From positions 57,474,001 to 57,538,000 of the forward strand of contig OZ024743.1 of the NCBI GenBank assembly GCA_964016885.1: DNA of 64,000 nt. Reading direction: 5' to 3'. Source of the DNA: Eledone cirrhosa (Eukaryota). The notes under the pieces are model-generated. The model saw only the letters and a program-made list of their open reading frames with translations, made no database searches and was not told the DNA's origin. Both the position numbers and the translations under genes were made by a program. Positions 1-13,465 of this stretch are shown one piece after another; position 1 is the first letter of the stretch; each line of letters begins with the position of its first letter.

Positions 1-673
1 CCGGGCAGGGATCCCGCGAAAAAGATCTGTCCCAGATGCGTGCGCGACGAGGAAACCGTTGCGCATGCACTGGTACACTGCCCGGGCGTTGCCGATCTGT
101 GGGGCTACGTCGAACGACTGCTGTCGCGTGTGGCGCCGATTCGATTAACCGCCGAGTCTGTGGTGAACATCAAGCCGCCTCCTCACTTCAGAAATGAAGC
201 AGAGGCGGTCTTTCTGTGCGTAATAGCCATGATGAAAGAGGTTGTGTGGTGGACGCGACTGAAAGGTCTGAGGTCGGGTGACTTTCTCTCCGGCCATCAC
301 CTGGTTTACTTCTTCCGATACCACTTCGGAAGAAGGATCAGGATGGAGAGAGAAGTGCTTGGCCCCAGACAGTTTTATGAAAGGTGGGTAAAAGAAGCGA
401 GAATGGCCCGTAAATGGGCCTTCTCTCTACATTGTTCTGTAGGTGAAGAAGTGAAGAGGAAAGGGGGAGCGCCTCCTCTCTGGGCTTCCCCCGCGAAAAG
501 AGTTGCACACTTTTCGGGGGTATGTGCAATCCCCAACACGCCCCCTCCCTTTTGAGGACTTTTTATTGTTATATTATTATTGTTATTCCTTTTTTCTTTA
601 CTCGATTTATGTAAACTCCCCCACTGTGTAAATGTCCCCTTCTTTTGTACCCTCGTGGCAAATAAATAGAAAT

Positions 674-675
<2 letters not shown>
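1..675 (+). mobile_element. 3' end of an L1/Tx1-clade non-LTR retrotransposon (ORF2 C-terminal zinc-finger region, 3'UTR)
   Basis: Frame reads CPRCVRDEETVAHALVHC (CxxC...HxxxxC, zf-RVT type) into ORF 40-555; T-rich 3'UTR; AATAAA at 661; abuts (TATC)n. Confidence 0.8.
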
Positions 676-748
<73 letters not shown>

Positions 749-1200
749 GCTAGCTAGCTAGCTACCTAGCTAGCTAGCTAGCTATCTACCTATCTACCTA
801 TCTATTATCAATCTATCTATCTATCCATTCATTTACCAATACTAATATCTAGCTATCTCCCTACCTACCTACCTACCCACAAACATATATACATGCATAT
901 AAACATACATACAAACATACATACAAACATACTTACATACATACTTACATACATACAAACATATATACATACATACATACATACGTACATACATACATAC
1001 TTACATACATACATACATACATACTTACATACATACTTACATACATAAACATACAGACATACATACTTACATACAAACATACATACATACATACTTACAT
1101 ACATACATACAAACATACATACATACATACTTACATACTTACATACATACTTACTTACATACATACAAACATACATACATACATACTTACAGACATACAT
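676..1200. repeat. (TATC)n/(TAGC)n followed by compound (CATA/CTTA/CAAA/CAGA)n microsatellite
   Basis: Read directly from sequence. Confidence 0.97.
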
Positions 1201-2855
1201 ACTGGATTATTAAGGCTTTACAGTTAGCTAAAGTCCCACAACCATTGGTAGCTGCTGTTGAACGCCTGACCAAGAACTGGTACACCAATTTCATCCTTAG
1301 AGGTGAGAAGGAGCAGGTTAAGACTGATAAGATACATTACCAGAAGGGCATCTTTCAGGGTGATAGCTTGTCAGTGCTACTCTTCGTTCTCTCACTGAAT
1401 CCACTATCTTACCTACTCAGGAAACAAGGTGGACAAAGAAGTGGGCCCAGAAGTATCTCCCATCTTTTCTTTGTTGATGACCTGAAGTTGTATGGGCCAA
1501 ATATCAATGACATCAAGAAACAATTGGACCTCATTACACAATTTTCAACCGACATCAAAATGAAATTTGGTGAATCCAAGTGTGCATATTTGGCAGTAAA
1601 ACGTGGAAGAGCTGTGCCCTCCTCTAGAAATCTAGAGATGAACGGCCTGACAATACAACCTCTGCAATCAGGTGACAACTACAGATATCTTGGACAGGAT
1701 GAGATGTCAGATATGATGGCCCCATAAAGAAGGAGAGAGCCAGAACTGAATACCTCAGAAGAGTAAAGAAAATATGGTCATCAGAACTGTCAGCATACAA
1801 CAAATAGATTGCCCACAATACTTATGCTGTGCCAATTCTAACGCCAACATTTGGCCTGCTGAACTGGTCATTGCAAGAACTAAGTGAGATGGATGTTAAT
1901 GATGGATGTTAATGATGGAATAAAGCCTGATATAAATCTCTCACACAGAGAAATCGGAAGATCCTATTCAATGTTCAAACAAGATAAGAAAATTGACCAA
2001 TTTACAGAAAAAGTTGTGCATGGATACTTGAGGCGTAAAACACAGACCATAGAGGGGATAAACCACTCAAAAAGCCTGGCATGGAGTTCCGACAAGTTTA
2101 TGACATCACACCTTGAGGGATATCTCTATGCAATACAGGAACAAGAACTCCCTACCAAATATCTGCTGCACAAAAGAGGAGGGCCAGCAGCTGACAATAA
2201 ATGTAGGCTATGTAAAACAAAGATCGAGGATGTAAGCCACATTGTTGCCAGCTGCGAAAGAATGTCATCTCGCTACTACCTCCCCATGAGACACGATGGG
2301 ATAGCTAGAACCATCTGGAACGCACTTCGGAAAACAAAATTAACAACAAACGAGGAAGAATATATTGAGACAGATGGCACTAAGGAATACTGGTGGAACC
2401 TGAAAATAAAAACTGCCACCAAATTAAAGCACAACCGGCCTGATATTGTAGTTTGGGACCACACATTGAAAACGTGTTCTGTTGTGGAGATCAGCTGCCC
2501 ACTTGATGTAAACGTTGTCAGAAAAATACAGGAGAAGGAGGACATCTACGGACCATTGATGAGGAGTTTACAAATCCAGTATCCAAGATACACCTTTAGC
2601 TTCATACCCATCATTATTGGTGCTACGGGTTATATACCAACCCGCTTGGACCAAAGTATGACTGAACTTGGATTTGCGGACAAAAAGCGCAGCTCCCTAA
2701 TTCAGAGTCTGCAAATGGCTGCGATAGCTGGCACCTTCAAAATTTGCAAAACATTCTTGCGATTCAAGGGATGACAATTTCTTTTCTTTTACAACCTTGC
2801 CACCAGGAAGGTGGCCGGTCAAAAAAATATACTCGAAATTAAGAGAAAGAGAAAA
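1201..2855 (+). mobile_element. 5'-truncated, frameshifted R4/Dong-type RLE non-LTR retrotransposon, family A
   Basis: RT motifs KGIFQGDSLS and LFFVDDLKL (ORF 1245-1727); CRLC..HIVASC knuckle, RHD, and RPDIV..VEISCP PD-(D/E)XK endonuclease (ORF 1884-2774); (CATA)n on both sides. Confidence 0.92.
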
Positions 2856-4385
2856 CATACTTACATACATACAAACATACAGACATACATACTTACATAC
2901 ATACTTACATACATACAAACATACAGACATACATACTTACATACATACTTACATACATACAGACATACATACAGACATACATACTTACATACATACTTAC
3001 ATACAAACATACATACATACATACATACATACATACATACTTACATACATACATACTTACATACATACTTACATACATACAAACATACAGACATACATAC
3101 ATACATACTTACATACTTACATACATACATACAAACATACATACAAACATACAGACATACATACTTACATACATACTTACATACATACATACATACATAC
3201 TTACATACATACAAACATACAGACATACATACTTACATACATACTTACATACATACAAACATACATACATACTTACATACATACAAACATACATACAAAC
3301 ATACATACATACATACATACTTACATACATACAAACATACATACATACTTACATACATACAAACATACATACATACATACATACCTACATACATACTAAC
3401 ATACATACATACATACATACATACATACATACATACATACATACAAACATACATACATAATACTTACATACATACAAACATACAGACATACATACATACT
3501 TACATACATATGAAAAATACAGGAGAAGGAGGACATCTACGGACCATTGATGAGGAGTTTACAAATCCAGTATCCAAGATACACCTTTAGCTTCATACCA
3601 ATCATTATTGGTGCTACGGGTTATATACCAACCCGCTTGGACCAAAGTATGACTGAACTTGGATTTGTGGACAAAAAGCGCAGCTCCCTAATTCATAGTC
3701 TACAAATGGCTGCGATAGCTGGCACCTTCAAAATTTGCAAAACATTCTTGCGATTCAAGGGATGACAATTTCTTTTCTTTTACAACCTTGCCACCAGGAA
3801 GGTGGCCGGTCAAAAAAATATACTCGAAATTAAGAGAAAGAGAAAACATACATACAAACATACAGACATACATACTTACATAATACTTACATACATATAA
3901 ACATACATACAAACATACAGACATACTTACTTACATACATACATACATACATACTTACATACATACATACATAGATACATACATACATACATACAAACAT
4001 ACATACATACATACATACATACATACATACATACATACATACATACATACATACATACATACATACATACAAACATGCAGACATACATACTTACATACAT
4101 ACATACATACATACAAACATACAGACATACATACTTACATACATACTTAGATACATACAAACATACAAACATACATACTTACATACATACATACATACAT
4201 ACGAACATACATACAAACATACAGACATACATACTTACATACATACATACTTACATACATACAAACATGCAGACATACATACTTACATGCATACAAACAT
4301 ACATACAAACATACAGACATACATACTTACATACATACAAACATACATACAAACATACAGACATACATACATACATAGACACATA
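2856..4385. repeat. Compound (CATA)n tracts with CTTA/CAAA/CAGA variants, interrupted by a Dong-A fragment
   Basis: Read directly from sequence. Confidence 0.95.
3511..3846 (+). mobile_element. R4/Dong-type family A, 3' fragment
   Basis: Near-identical to 2520-2855; same 3' junction GAGAAAA|CATAC. Confidence 0.92.
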
Positions 4386-4599
4386 ATTATTTATTTATGT
4401 CTATTTGTCTAACTGTCTGTATCTATTTTCCATTGTTCTTCAGATAACTACTTATAACTTTCATATTCTTGTCATCAGTTTTGGAAGTCACAAACCAGGA
4501 TCACAATTGTTCGTGATAATAGAGCATGTAGGAATTACACACGCGCATGCGTGCACCAACACACATGTGTATGTATATGCGTGTGTATTTGTATATTTG

Positions 4600-4622
4600 T
4601 ATATAATTTATATACACACCCA

Positions 4623-4692
<70 letters not shown>

Positions 4693-4878
4693 CATATATT
4701 TATACACACACGCATATATATAGATGTATAAAAAATATATATATATAATATATATATATATTTACATGTAAATGTTTATGTACATACTATGAATACTGAA
4801 TATACATTGTCTCTCTCTCTATATATATATACACACACATATATATATATATATATGTATATACATATATATATTTAC

Positions 4879-4950
<72 letters not shown>

Positions 4951-4962
4951 ATACATATATAT

Positions 4963-4995
<33 letters not shown>

Positions 4996-5084
4996 CATAT
5001 GTATGTATATGTATATGTACGTATGTATACATATACATATACGTTCATAGACATATACATATACATACATATATATATATATGT

Positions 5085-5136
<52 letters not shown>

Positions 5137-5180
5137 ACATATATATATATATATACATATACATATACGTACATATACAT

Positions 5181-5240
<60 letters not shown>

Positions 5241-6085
5241 ATGTATATGTACGTATGTGTGTGTGCGCGAGCGCGCACATACATGTGTGTGTGTAAGATA
5301 TCTTATTTAGATATTAGTAAGCCGTTATGTTTATCTGATGAGACACGTGAAATTAGAAACACCACGTGACGTCACTTCCACAACGGTGTACCGCCATTAC
5401 ACACATTATAACTGCTCTTATCATATATATATATATATATATATATAAAGAAACATTGATGTATATGAAGATATATACAGATATATATATATATCATCAT
5501 CATCATCATCACGTAAAATGGTGATGATGATGATGATGATGATGATATATATCTGTATATATCTTCATATACATCAATGTTTCTTTATATTTCGTCATTT
5601 TCAAATATTCTAGTTTACCTTTTCTATATATTTCTTTAACCATCTTTAGCTTTAGCTCTAATCAATAAGATTCTATCAATTTACCTCTCATAATAGAATA
5701 TGTTTCGAAAGTATTTTGAATTATACCAACACCAAAAAGAAAAAAAAGAAAATCTAATAATAAAAGCAACAACAAAACTAAAAACAAATCAAACAAAAAC
5801 CTGATTTGAAAATTTAAATTGAATGTCATTATGTGAAAAGATTCATATCTTTAGTAATTAGCTATTGTATAGACTTCAGGGCTATATAGCTATATATTAT
5901 ACACTAACATGTATGTGTATAAATATATTATATATTAAAAGGCACACACATAAATATACATACACACACACATTCGCACGCATAAATAAACGCACACATA
6001 CATATACATATATACGTATATATATATATATTCATATATAAACACATACATATATACATAAATACATACATATATATATAAATAA

Positions 6086-6181
<96 letters not shown>

Positions 6182-6466
6182 ACATGCACAGCTACGTACA
6201 TATATGCATACATAGATAATTAAATATAGGACTTAGCAAATACACCAAATATTTCAATGAAAGAGCTTTGTTTCTTGGCTGGATAAGTTTAAAAAAATAA
6301 AATCCAGACTGTACATATGTAAGGGTATTCACACACATGTGTATGCATGTGTATGAATATAATATAAATACGTATATATACATATATGTATATATATATA
6401 TATTTATATATATACATATATATCTATATATGTATATATTTATATATATATATCTATATATGTATA

Positions 6467-6558
<92 letters not shown>

Positions 6559-6560
6559 TA
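4600..6560. repeat. Multiple (TA)n/(TACA)n tracts, including a small fold-back at about 5444-5590
   Basis: Read directly; 5444-5512 is the reverse complement of 5521-5590. Confidence 0.9.
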
Positions 6561-6857
6561 AGCGGAATAGAAAATGCTGACAAATTGTTCACAGTTGAAA
6601 AATGGTTTAATTAGGAATAAAAGAGTATTAGTGATTGTATGGGTTAGTATTCAGATCAGAGCAAACAGCACGGACACTCTATCTCAAAATTATTTTTGAA
6701 AAGCATTTAGAAATGCGCAACCGGTAAAAACTTAAAAACTTAAAACCACAACTGAATACTAACCCATACAATCACTAATACTCTTTTATTCCTAATTAAA
6801 CCATTTTTCAACTGTGAACAATTTGTCAGCATTTTCTATTCCGTTTACCAATATATA
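6553..6857. mobile_element. Fold-back mini-element (about 100-bp inverted arms) with a decayed U3-A8 hammerhead in the spacer; probable PLE terminus
   Basis: 6553-6654 is the reverse complement of 6751-6857; spacer has TTT TTGAAAA GCATTT AG AAATGC GCAA CCGG TA AAA (6693-6729). Confidence 0.6.
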
Positions 6858-6886
6858 ATAACTTGTGTGTTACACCTCTATTCTTT

Positions 6887-6945
<59 letters not shown>

Positions 6946-6985
6946 GATATTAAACAAATGGAAACTATATTTATAAAACCATATT

Positions 6986-7051
6986 TATTTCATTATACAT
7001 ATTTCGGGGATACCATATTAAAAATATGGCATGCCTTCTTCAGATAAAATA
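6986..7051 (-). ncRNA. Type I hammerhead ribozyme (inverted copy of 8179-8244)
   Basis: Reverse complement of the 8179-8244 motif. Confidence 0.75.
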
Positions 7052-8178
7052 CAATATATAAACAGTTTTATAAATAATGTTTGACGTACCATAAATATTG
7101 AGCAACCGTTATGTAGGAAGCTGGTTTGGTAGTGAAATGCTTATAAATATTTAGTGTTAAGCACAGTTAAAAAGAAAGACGGAGAAAAAGAAGAAATGTA
7201 TGTAAAGAAAAACAGAGAGAAATAGAGAGAGATAGGGGAGAGAGAAATAGTGAGGAGGTGAAAAAAGAGAGGCAGCTGAAGGCAACAGATGAATAATAAT
7301 AATTCATCATACAAAATTGAGAGATTTAGGAGGGAGGGAGTACTGTAATTATTTAGTTATAGTGTTAAGGACAGTGTATGTATATACTTATATATTTTTT
7401 TGAAGTTTTTATCTCAGTTTTTGGTACATCGACCTCAGAATTTTAAACTAAACATATGGTCATTATTGAGCAAAATTATTTTCACACATTATATATCTAT
7501 GTCTCATTCATGAATATTGATATTTACATTATATTGCCTAGTTCATATGAATTGATAATTCAAATTGATAGGACATAACGTAAAGATGTAAATCTATCAT
7601 CCCTCTCTCTAGATATAGCTCTTTCTTCTCCTCCCTCTTTATATATGATGAAGTCTATGTATCTGTTGTTCTGACTTTGCCTGTCAGGTTTCTCTGTTAT
7701 TTCTCTCCTATTTCTCTCTTGTATTTCTCTCTTGATTTTCACTTCCCCCTATATAATTATTATTATTATTTGTTCTACCTCTTTTCCCCCCCACCTCTAT
7801 CTTTCTCTCTCTCTGTTTTCTCTTCATTTTTTATTTCTCTCCGTCTCCTCCGTAACTGTCCTTAACACTATAACTAAATAATTACAGTACTCCCTCCCTC
7901 CTAAATCTCTCAATTTTGTATGATGAATTATTATTATTCATCTGTTGCCTTCAGCTGCCTCTCTTTTTTCACCTCCTCACTATTTCTCTCTCCCCTATCT
8001 CTCTCTATTTCTCTCTGTTTTTCTTTACATACATTTCTTCTTTTTCTCCGTCTTTCTTTTTAACTGTGCTTAACACTAAATATTTATAAGCATTTCACTA
8101 CCAAACCAGCTTCCTACATAACGGTTGCTCAATATTTATGGTACGTCAAACATTATTTATAAAACTGTTTATATATTG

Positions 8179-8244
8179 TATTTTATCTGAAGAAGGCATG
8201 CCATATTTTTAATATGGTATCCCCGAAATATGTATAATGAAATA
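8179..8244 (+). ncRNA. Type I hammerhead ribozyme
   Basis: Stem I TATTTTAT/ATGAAATA; core CTGAAGA; stem II AGG-C-ATGCCATATT/AATATGGTAT-C-CCC; GAAA; TATGTA; AUA cleavage triplet. Confidence 0.78.
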
Positions 8245-8449
8245 AATATGGTTTTATAAATATAGTTTCCATTTGTTTAATATCGTATATCTACTCCAAA
8301 ACTTGTCGAGTGCTTTATATCAGTTATAAAATATTTACTTGTTGTAACCCAACAATTTTAAATAAAACTTTTGCATATATATATATATATATTTCGTTTC
8401 TGAATTTGTTTAGCAAGATTCTTTATCTGAAAACGTGTGTTGAAACCGA

Positions 8450-8840
8450 TATTATTATACTTTGAGAGGGTCATGTTTCCAATAAGAAACACACGCACCA
8501 GTTGCTGCTTTCACTTCAATTTATTATAATAAATTTATAAATTTATGAATTTATGAATTTCCGGTTGGTCGGTTGTTCTGTCCTACGCCAACAAGATGGC
8601 GTAGGACAGAACAAAGCAGAGGCACAAAAACAAAGAAAAGAATCCCCAGTCACTGAAAAGGTCATAGAATGTGTGACGAAAGAACTTTAACAATATATAA
8701 ACAATCATCTGGTTGTGGAACCAACCAACCAACCGGAAATTTATAAATTCCTAAATTTATAAATTTATTATAATAAATTGAAGTGAGAGCAACTGGTGCG
8801 TGTGTTTCTTATTGGCAACATGACTCTCCCAAAGTATAAT

Positions 8841-8845
<5 letters not shown>
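8450..8845. repeat. Fold-back element (about 125-bp inverted arms) with an internal hairpin at 8574-8612
   Basis: 8450-8575 is approximately the reverse complement of 8718-8845; TGTTCTGTCCTACGCCA...TGGCGTAGGACAGAACA; (TA)n flanks. Confidence 0.75.
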
Positions 8846-8886
<41 letters not shown>

Positions 8887-9109
8887 ATGTAAATCCTTAA
8901 ATTTCTCATATTCCTTCCAGTCGCATGTGGTGACCTTAATGTCTTGGTTACAGCATCTGTCAAGAATTCTATCTTAAGAAATCTATCTCCAAGTTCTTAC
9001 AGCTAACAAGAAGTAGTCAATAGACTAAAATATCTTGACTCCATTACACTTTGACAGAATAGATACTCATTTAGTTTAGACATAGTTTCCCTCTAGACAT
9101 CTGACCCCG

Positions 9110-10712
9110 CCTCCCCGACCATCCATTTAATTACGAACAACATCATCACCTCTACCGACCTCAGTTGTTTGGGTTGACTGCTGATGCTATCCGCCAACTG
9201 TTCTCTAGCGTCATGTGCAACACCCTTCTCCAGTTTGAGGGCTCCGTATACAAACACATCTCAGGACTTCCGATGAGTTCGAGTCTTTCAGCCCTTTCAG
9301 ACTAGTTGGAACGCACAGCACGCACCACCTGCCACTCATGCTCTTTCTCTGGGTACGTGGATGACATCCTTATGTAGACTTCATCACGTGAAAAAGCCGT
9401 AAAGATCTACATCTTTGAAAACATTGATGCACACATAAAATTTGAGGTTGATCATCCAGACACCACTGGATTCCTCTCTCTCCTCGACTTTACGCATGAA
9501 AAACATCGTACAGGAAAGATGACTGCCGAAACATTTTTGTGAACCACGACTCCGCCCTTCTCTACAGAGCCAAAATGGCCTATATACGGAATGAGATCTC
9601 CATGATGCGCAACAGATGCAGCCAGAGTTGTTACAGATATACCGGCATGGTGGAATTCCAAAGAGTTTTCACCAAAATCGGCTACCCTTCTTCTTTCAAC
9701 AAACAACGAAATGCCAAGGCAGTAATACGTAACAGAACAAGGCAGACAAATGTCCCTAAAGATAACATATGCTATCCAAAGCTACTATATTTCAATGAGA
9801 AGATGACAGCTGCCATCCGACAAGCCATCCGTAGGAGTGACCGAATATATGGCTGGCACATTCGAAACCCTCATTGAGATGACTACTCCACAGACACTGA
9901 CCCACATGCAGCGATATATGCACACTTCATAATTGTCCTGTCAACAGCATAGAACTGCGCATGATAGCATATGTGGTCTATAAGATCACGTGCAAAAAAT
10001 GTAGGTCCTCATACATCGGAAGTACCATAAGAAGGCTACTCATACGGATCAAGGAACATGTGACAATGAGAGTCTCTTCCGTTAAAAAACATATTAGCAG
10101 ATGTCGTAACCAGCATTGAGGTCACCATAGAGACGACTGAAAGGAATATGGGAAGTTTAAGGATTAAGGAGGCAATTTTATCATCAACCGAATAAAACCA
10201 GAGATAAATAATTGTTTCTACTTTTGGCAAAAGGCAAGCAATTACCTGGTACTTTATTTTATTGACCTCGTAAGGATGAAAGGCAAAGTTAACCTCGGCG
10301 GGATTTGAACTCAGAATGTCAAGGGCCGTAACTCAATGCGTCAAAGCATGGCGTCCGACCCTCTACCGATACTGCCAATCCAGAGATAAATAATAGGTCA
10401 GAAATACACGAGGCAGAATGGTTACTGTAGTGACGTCGCGTATACGCATGCATTTTGCATACGCATAGACCTGTTGGGGAAGAAAACTCTGAAAACTCTG
10501 ATCACCCATTTGTTTTGTCTTGGACTGTTTCAGCTTCGCATCTGAAAAAAAGGTTAATAGACATGAAATATCATGGGCAAAACTACTTTGTTTTATTTTG
10601 TTTCATTTGTCATCATTTGTTCTTCGTATTTTTCTACCGCATTGTACCAGCTTTAAAAAAAATATTTATTGGTCTTTTACTACATATCTCACCATGCTTC
10701 GTATTAACTACA

Positions 10713-10715
<3 letters not shown>
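9110..10715 (+). mobile_element. Decayed Penelope-like element (RT + GIY-YIG endonuclease), possibly Naiad/Poseidon type
   Basis: Translated remnants GLPMSSSLS, YVDDIL, DTTGFLSLLD; linker CTLHNCPV; VVYKITCKKCRSSYIGSTIRRLHTRIKEH; KPEIN; many stops and frameshifts; ends at (TA)n. Confidence 0.82.
10213..10380 (-). mobile_element. tRNA-derived SINE with Meta-type central domain, inserted in the PLE
   Basis: A-box TGGCAGTATCGG, B-box GAGTTCAAATCC, GCCTTTCATCCTTACGAGGTC; target-site duplication CAGAGATAAATAAT (10199-10212 / 10381-10394). Confidence 0.85.
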
Positions 10716-10776
<61 letters not shown>

Positions 10777-10830
10777 TAGACAAACATATACATACACATA
10801 TACATACAAACACTTTTAAACACGTATACA

Positions 10831-10923
<93 letters not shown>

Positions 10924-11339
10924 GATTAAAATCTTAATGATTAAGTACTGCCTAAAAGTTTCACACACAAGTAAAGTATTTTGTGATCTTTCATCTGTGA
11001 TTTATAATTCGTGGTAGAAATCAGGCGTAATTTTATGTGTGAGGAAACTTTGAGTAATGCACTAATCAGTCATTCGTTGTTTAATTATGCACATAGTCTT
11101 TACACTGCGTATTAAATGCTCTTTGATTTCTTTTGTACCACATAAACGTAGGTATGTGTGTGTGTACACATGCGCCACACACACATACACACAGACACAA
11201 ACACACGCACTCACACACTCACATACATACACAAATACACATGCACATATATCTATATTTTGAATTCTAGGGTTAGTTGCTTCAATGTCTTTGACTACTA
11301 AAAATACTCTAATAAATTGTACAAAACTTCCTACGCTCG

Positions 11340-12073
11340 ACAGCTCATCCAAACGATGGAAAGAGAATTATTGGGATGTTCTTAAGGACCCTGGGGTACG
11401 ACGCGCAATAACCAAGAACGGCTTGAGGTTAAAGTCACTGCTGCAATTGCCCCCAAGCATTAACGTTAGCTGCTTCTTAAGAGACTTTATAGCCTGACAG
11501 AGTCTTCTCTTCCATCAAGATAAATTATCTGTCGAGCATCCGTTCCTCCCTAAAAAAAGGCCCATTATGTCGACGCTGAAGTTCGGCTCGGGCAAGACTC
11601 CTGCACTGTCGATAATATGCAGTTTGACAGGAAATACTCCAGTGGCTATGATGTTGGCAGCTGCGGCCTCACCCTGAATCTTGACCTTGTGTTAGCTGAA
11701 AGGGCGTTTAAAGCGCCAAACCATCTGGAGTTTGTAATGAATGTTGTATTTCTTCAGCAGATCCTGGAACAAAGGTGTCGCCTTCTAATGCATTAGCAGT
11801 TGACATTGCTATGCGTTCACTGTTCTTGTGTTCAATCCCCAACGAAAGGAATCTCCCCAGCTCTTGGAAAATTTAGCCCCTCATTACATTGAAAATAGTA
11901 GTTTTGGAATTGAGGTGCGCGATAATACGCTCCCTATCACGAATTATGGTCATTACCGTCGACCGTGGCAACGTTATCATCGACACATTTTCACATTTTT
12001 CATACATTTTAATTATATTTAGCTGATCTTCCTTTATAACTATATTAACATTGAGATCACTAGTACTATCCAC
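11340..12073 (-). pseudogene. Tigger/pogo (CENP-B-like) DNA transposase fossil
   Basis: LNIIKMYEK..LPRSTVMTIIRDRERI (HTH), HKVKIQGEAAAAN, QLTLMLGGNCSSDFNLKPFLV (DDE_1-like); disrupted. Confidence 0.8.
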
Positions 12074-12074
12074 C

Positions 12075-12660
12075 TCAGGAACCGTGGCTCATGGATGTGA
12101 TCCAACCGCTTACTCGGAGTTTACCTCTGGATTTCCTGCCAGTTGGTTTTGCCCGTACAATATGTCCAACGATTCTTTCCTTAGACACTTTAACCACGTG
12201 CCCATAATATCGGAGCTGTGATCTCTTAATTCGCAGAAGTAGCGACTCTACCTGGAATGATCTCCGAGTTACACACTCTATCGAATAAAGACCCTTCGGA
12301 AGAACCCCATTTCGACGACTTGAAAGATCGTAGGTCCTTGGTGTGGGCACATGGTTATGGAATGTATCAGGAAAAAATCTGACAGATTTACGGGCAAAAC
12401 TAACCGCCAAGAGACCTAGGACTGTCCCTGCGCAAGATGGTTAGAGCACATTCATGAGCTTGGTTGGTCTCGCTTGGCGATCTAGCCGGATCAATTGGTG
12501 ACGGTTGCTTCAGACTAGATCACATTCATGAGCTTGGCTGGTCTCGCTTGGCGATCTAGCCGGATCAGTTGGTGACGGTTGCTTCAGACGGGACCCGCTG
12601 TAAGTATTTAAGGACTGCCCTCAAGAACCTCCCAGGAGTAAGTGATCAAAGAAGAAGACT
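12075..12660. mobile_element. RTE-clade fragment: minus-strand ORF end (12075-12420) plus plus-strand 3' end (12445-12660) with a 72-bp tandem duplication
   Basis: LLLRIKRSQLRYYGHVV..KPTGRKSRGK..W is typical of the RTE C-terminus; GAAGAAGA tail; duplication 12447-12518 / 12519-12590. Confidence 0.72.
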
Positions 12661-13465
12661 TTATTCAATTCATTACCATTATTCTTTACTTTTCCCATAA
12701 ATAGTAATAATTAATAGTATTTATTCCTATTGTACAAGTATATTAATATCAAATTTGCCAGGTGTTGCGACAGGTAGATAGTATCAGCAATGGAAAGAGC
12801 AAAGGAAAAATTGTCTTCTTGTTTCGATTTGACGAGTTCAATAACACTCAGTAAGCGAGTGAAGTCTGAGATCTTGTTGATCGATACGATCGATCGATTA
12901 ATATTAGATATTTGTTAATATGATGTATTTTACAGTTATGGTTAAATATACCAGTAATAGTTTAGATAAGATGGAATGCAAGGCGCGCGCGCACACACAC
13001 GCACACACAGACACACGCACACACACAAACACGCACACACACACACATGAATACATACAAGTACACATGTGTACAGAAACAGTTACATATCCGTAACGAT
13101 GAGTATGAAGTAACATATATGGTGAACATATTCAAACGATGACACACACATATGCACACATACACACACACGCACACACACACATACATACACACAGACA
13201 CACATACACAAACATACATATACGAGGATAAATTAAAAGGTTTGCAGACTAGCACCTTATTTAAAAAAGGAGTATATTTACATAAGTTTAAACACCGTAT
13301 TCTTCGAAATGGTACCCTTGTGCAGCAATGTACCGATCCTAACAATGTGGCCAGGAAGCCATCTTTTGTAAGCTTGTCGAGAAACTTCTGCGATATATAT
13401 GCATACATATATATATGCATTCTCACTTATATGCACATATGTCTAAATGTATGTATATATGTATG

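Larger units (their letters stand above)
6941..8375 (+). mobile_element. Non-coding PLE-type pseudo-LTR with about 436-bp inverted arms (6941-7376 / 7855-8290), inserted in (TA)n
   Basis: Near-perfect inverted repeat; pyrimidine-rich tract, hammerhead, CGAGTGCT motif, then (TA)n. Confidence 0.75.

Noticed and set aside
5330-5380. CTGATGA followed by a hairpin as a hammerhead (similar cases at 23041, 30330, 37493, 42621)
   Set aside because: Missing GAAA or lacking a pairing stem I and cleavage triplet.
9860-9910. In-frame TGA codons in the PLE as selenocysteine (Naiad-type selenoprotein)
   Set aside because: The copy is heavily decayed, the TGAs fit CGA-to-TGA CpG decay, and I could not recognise a SECIS.
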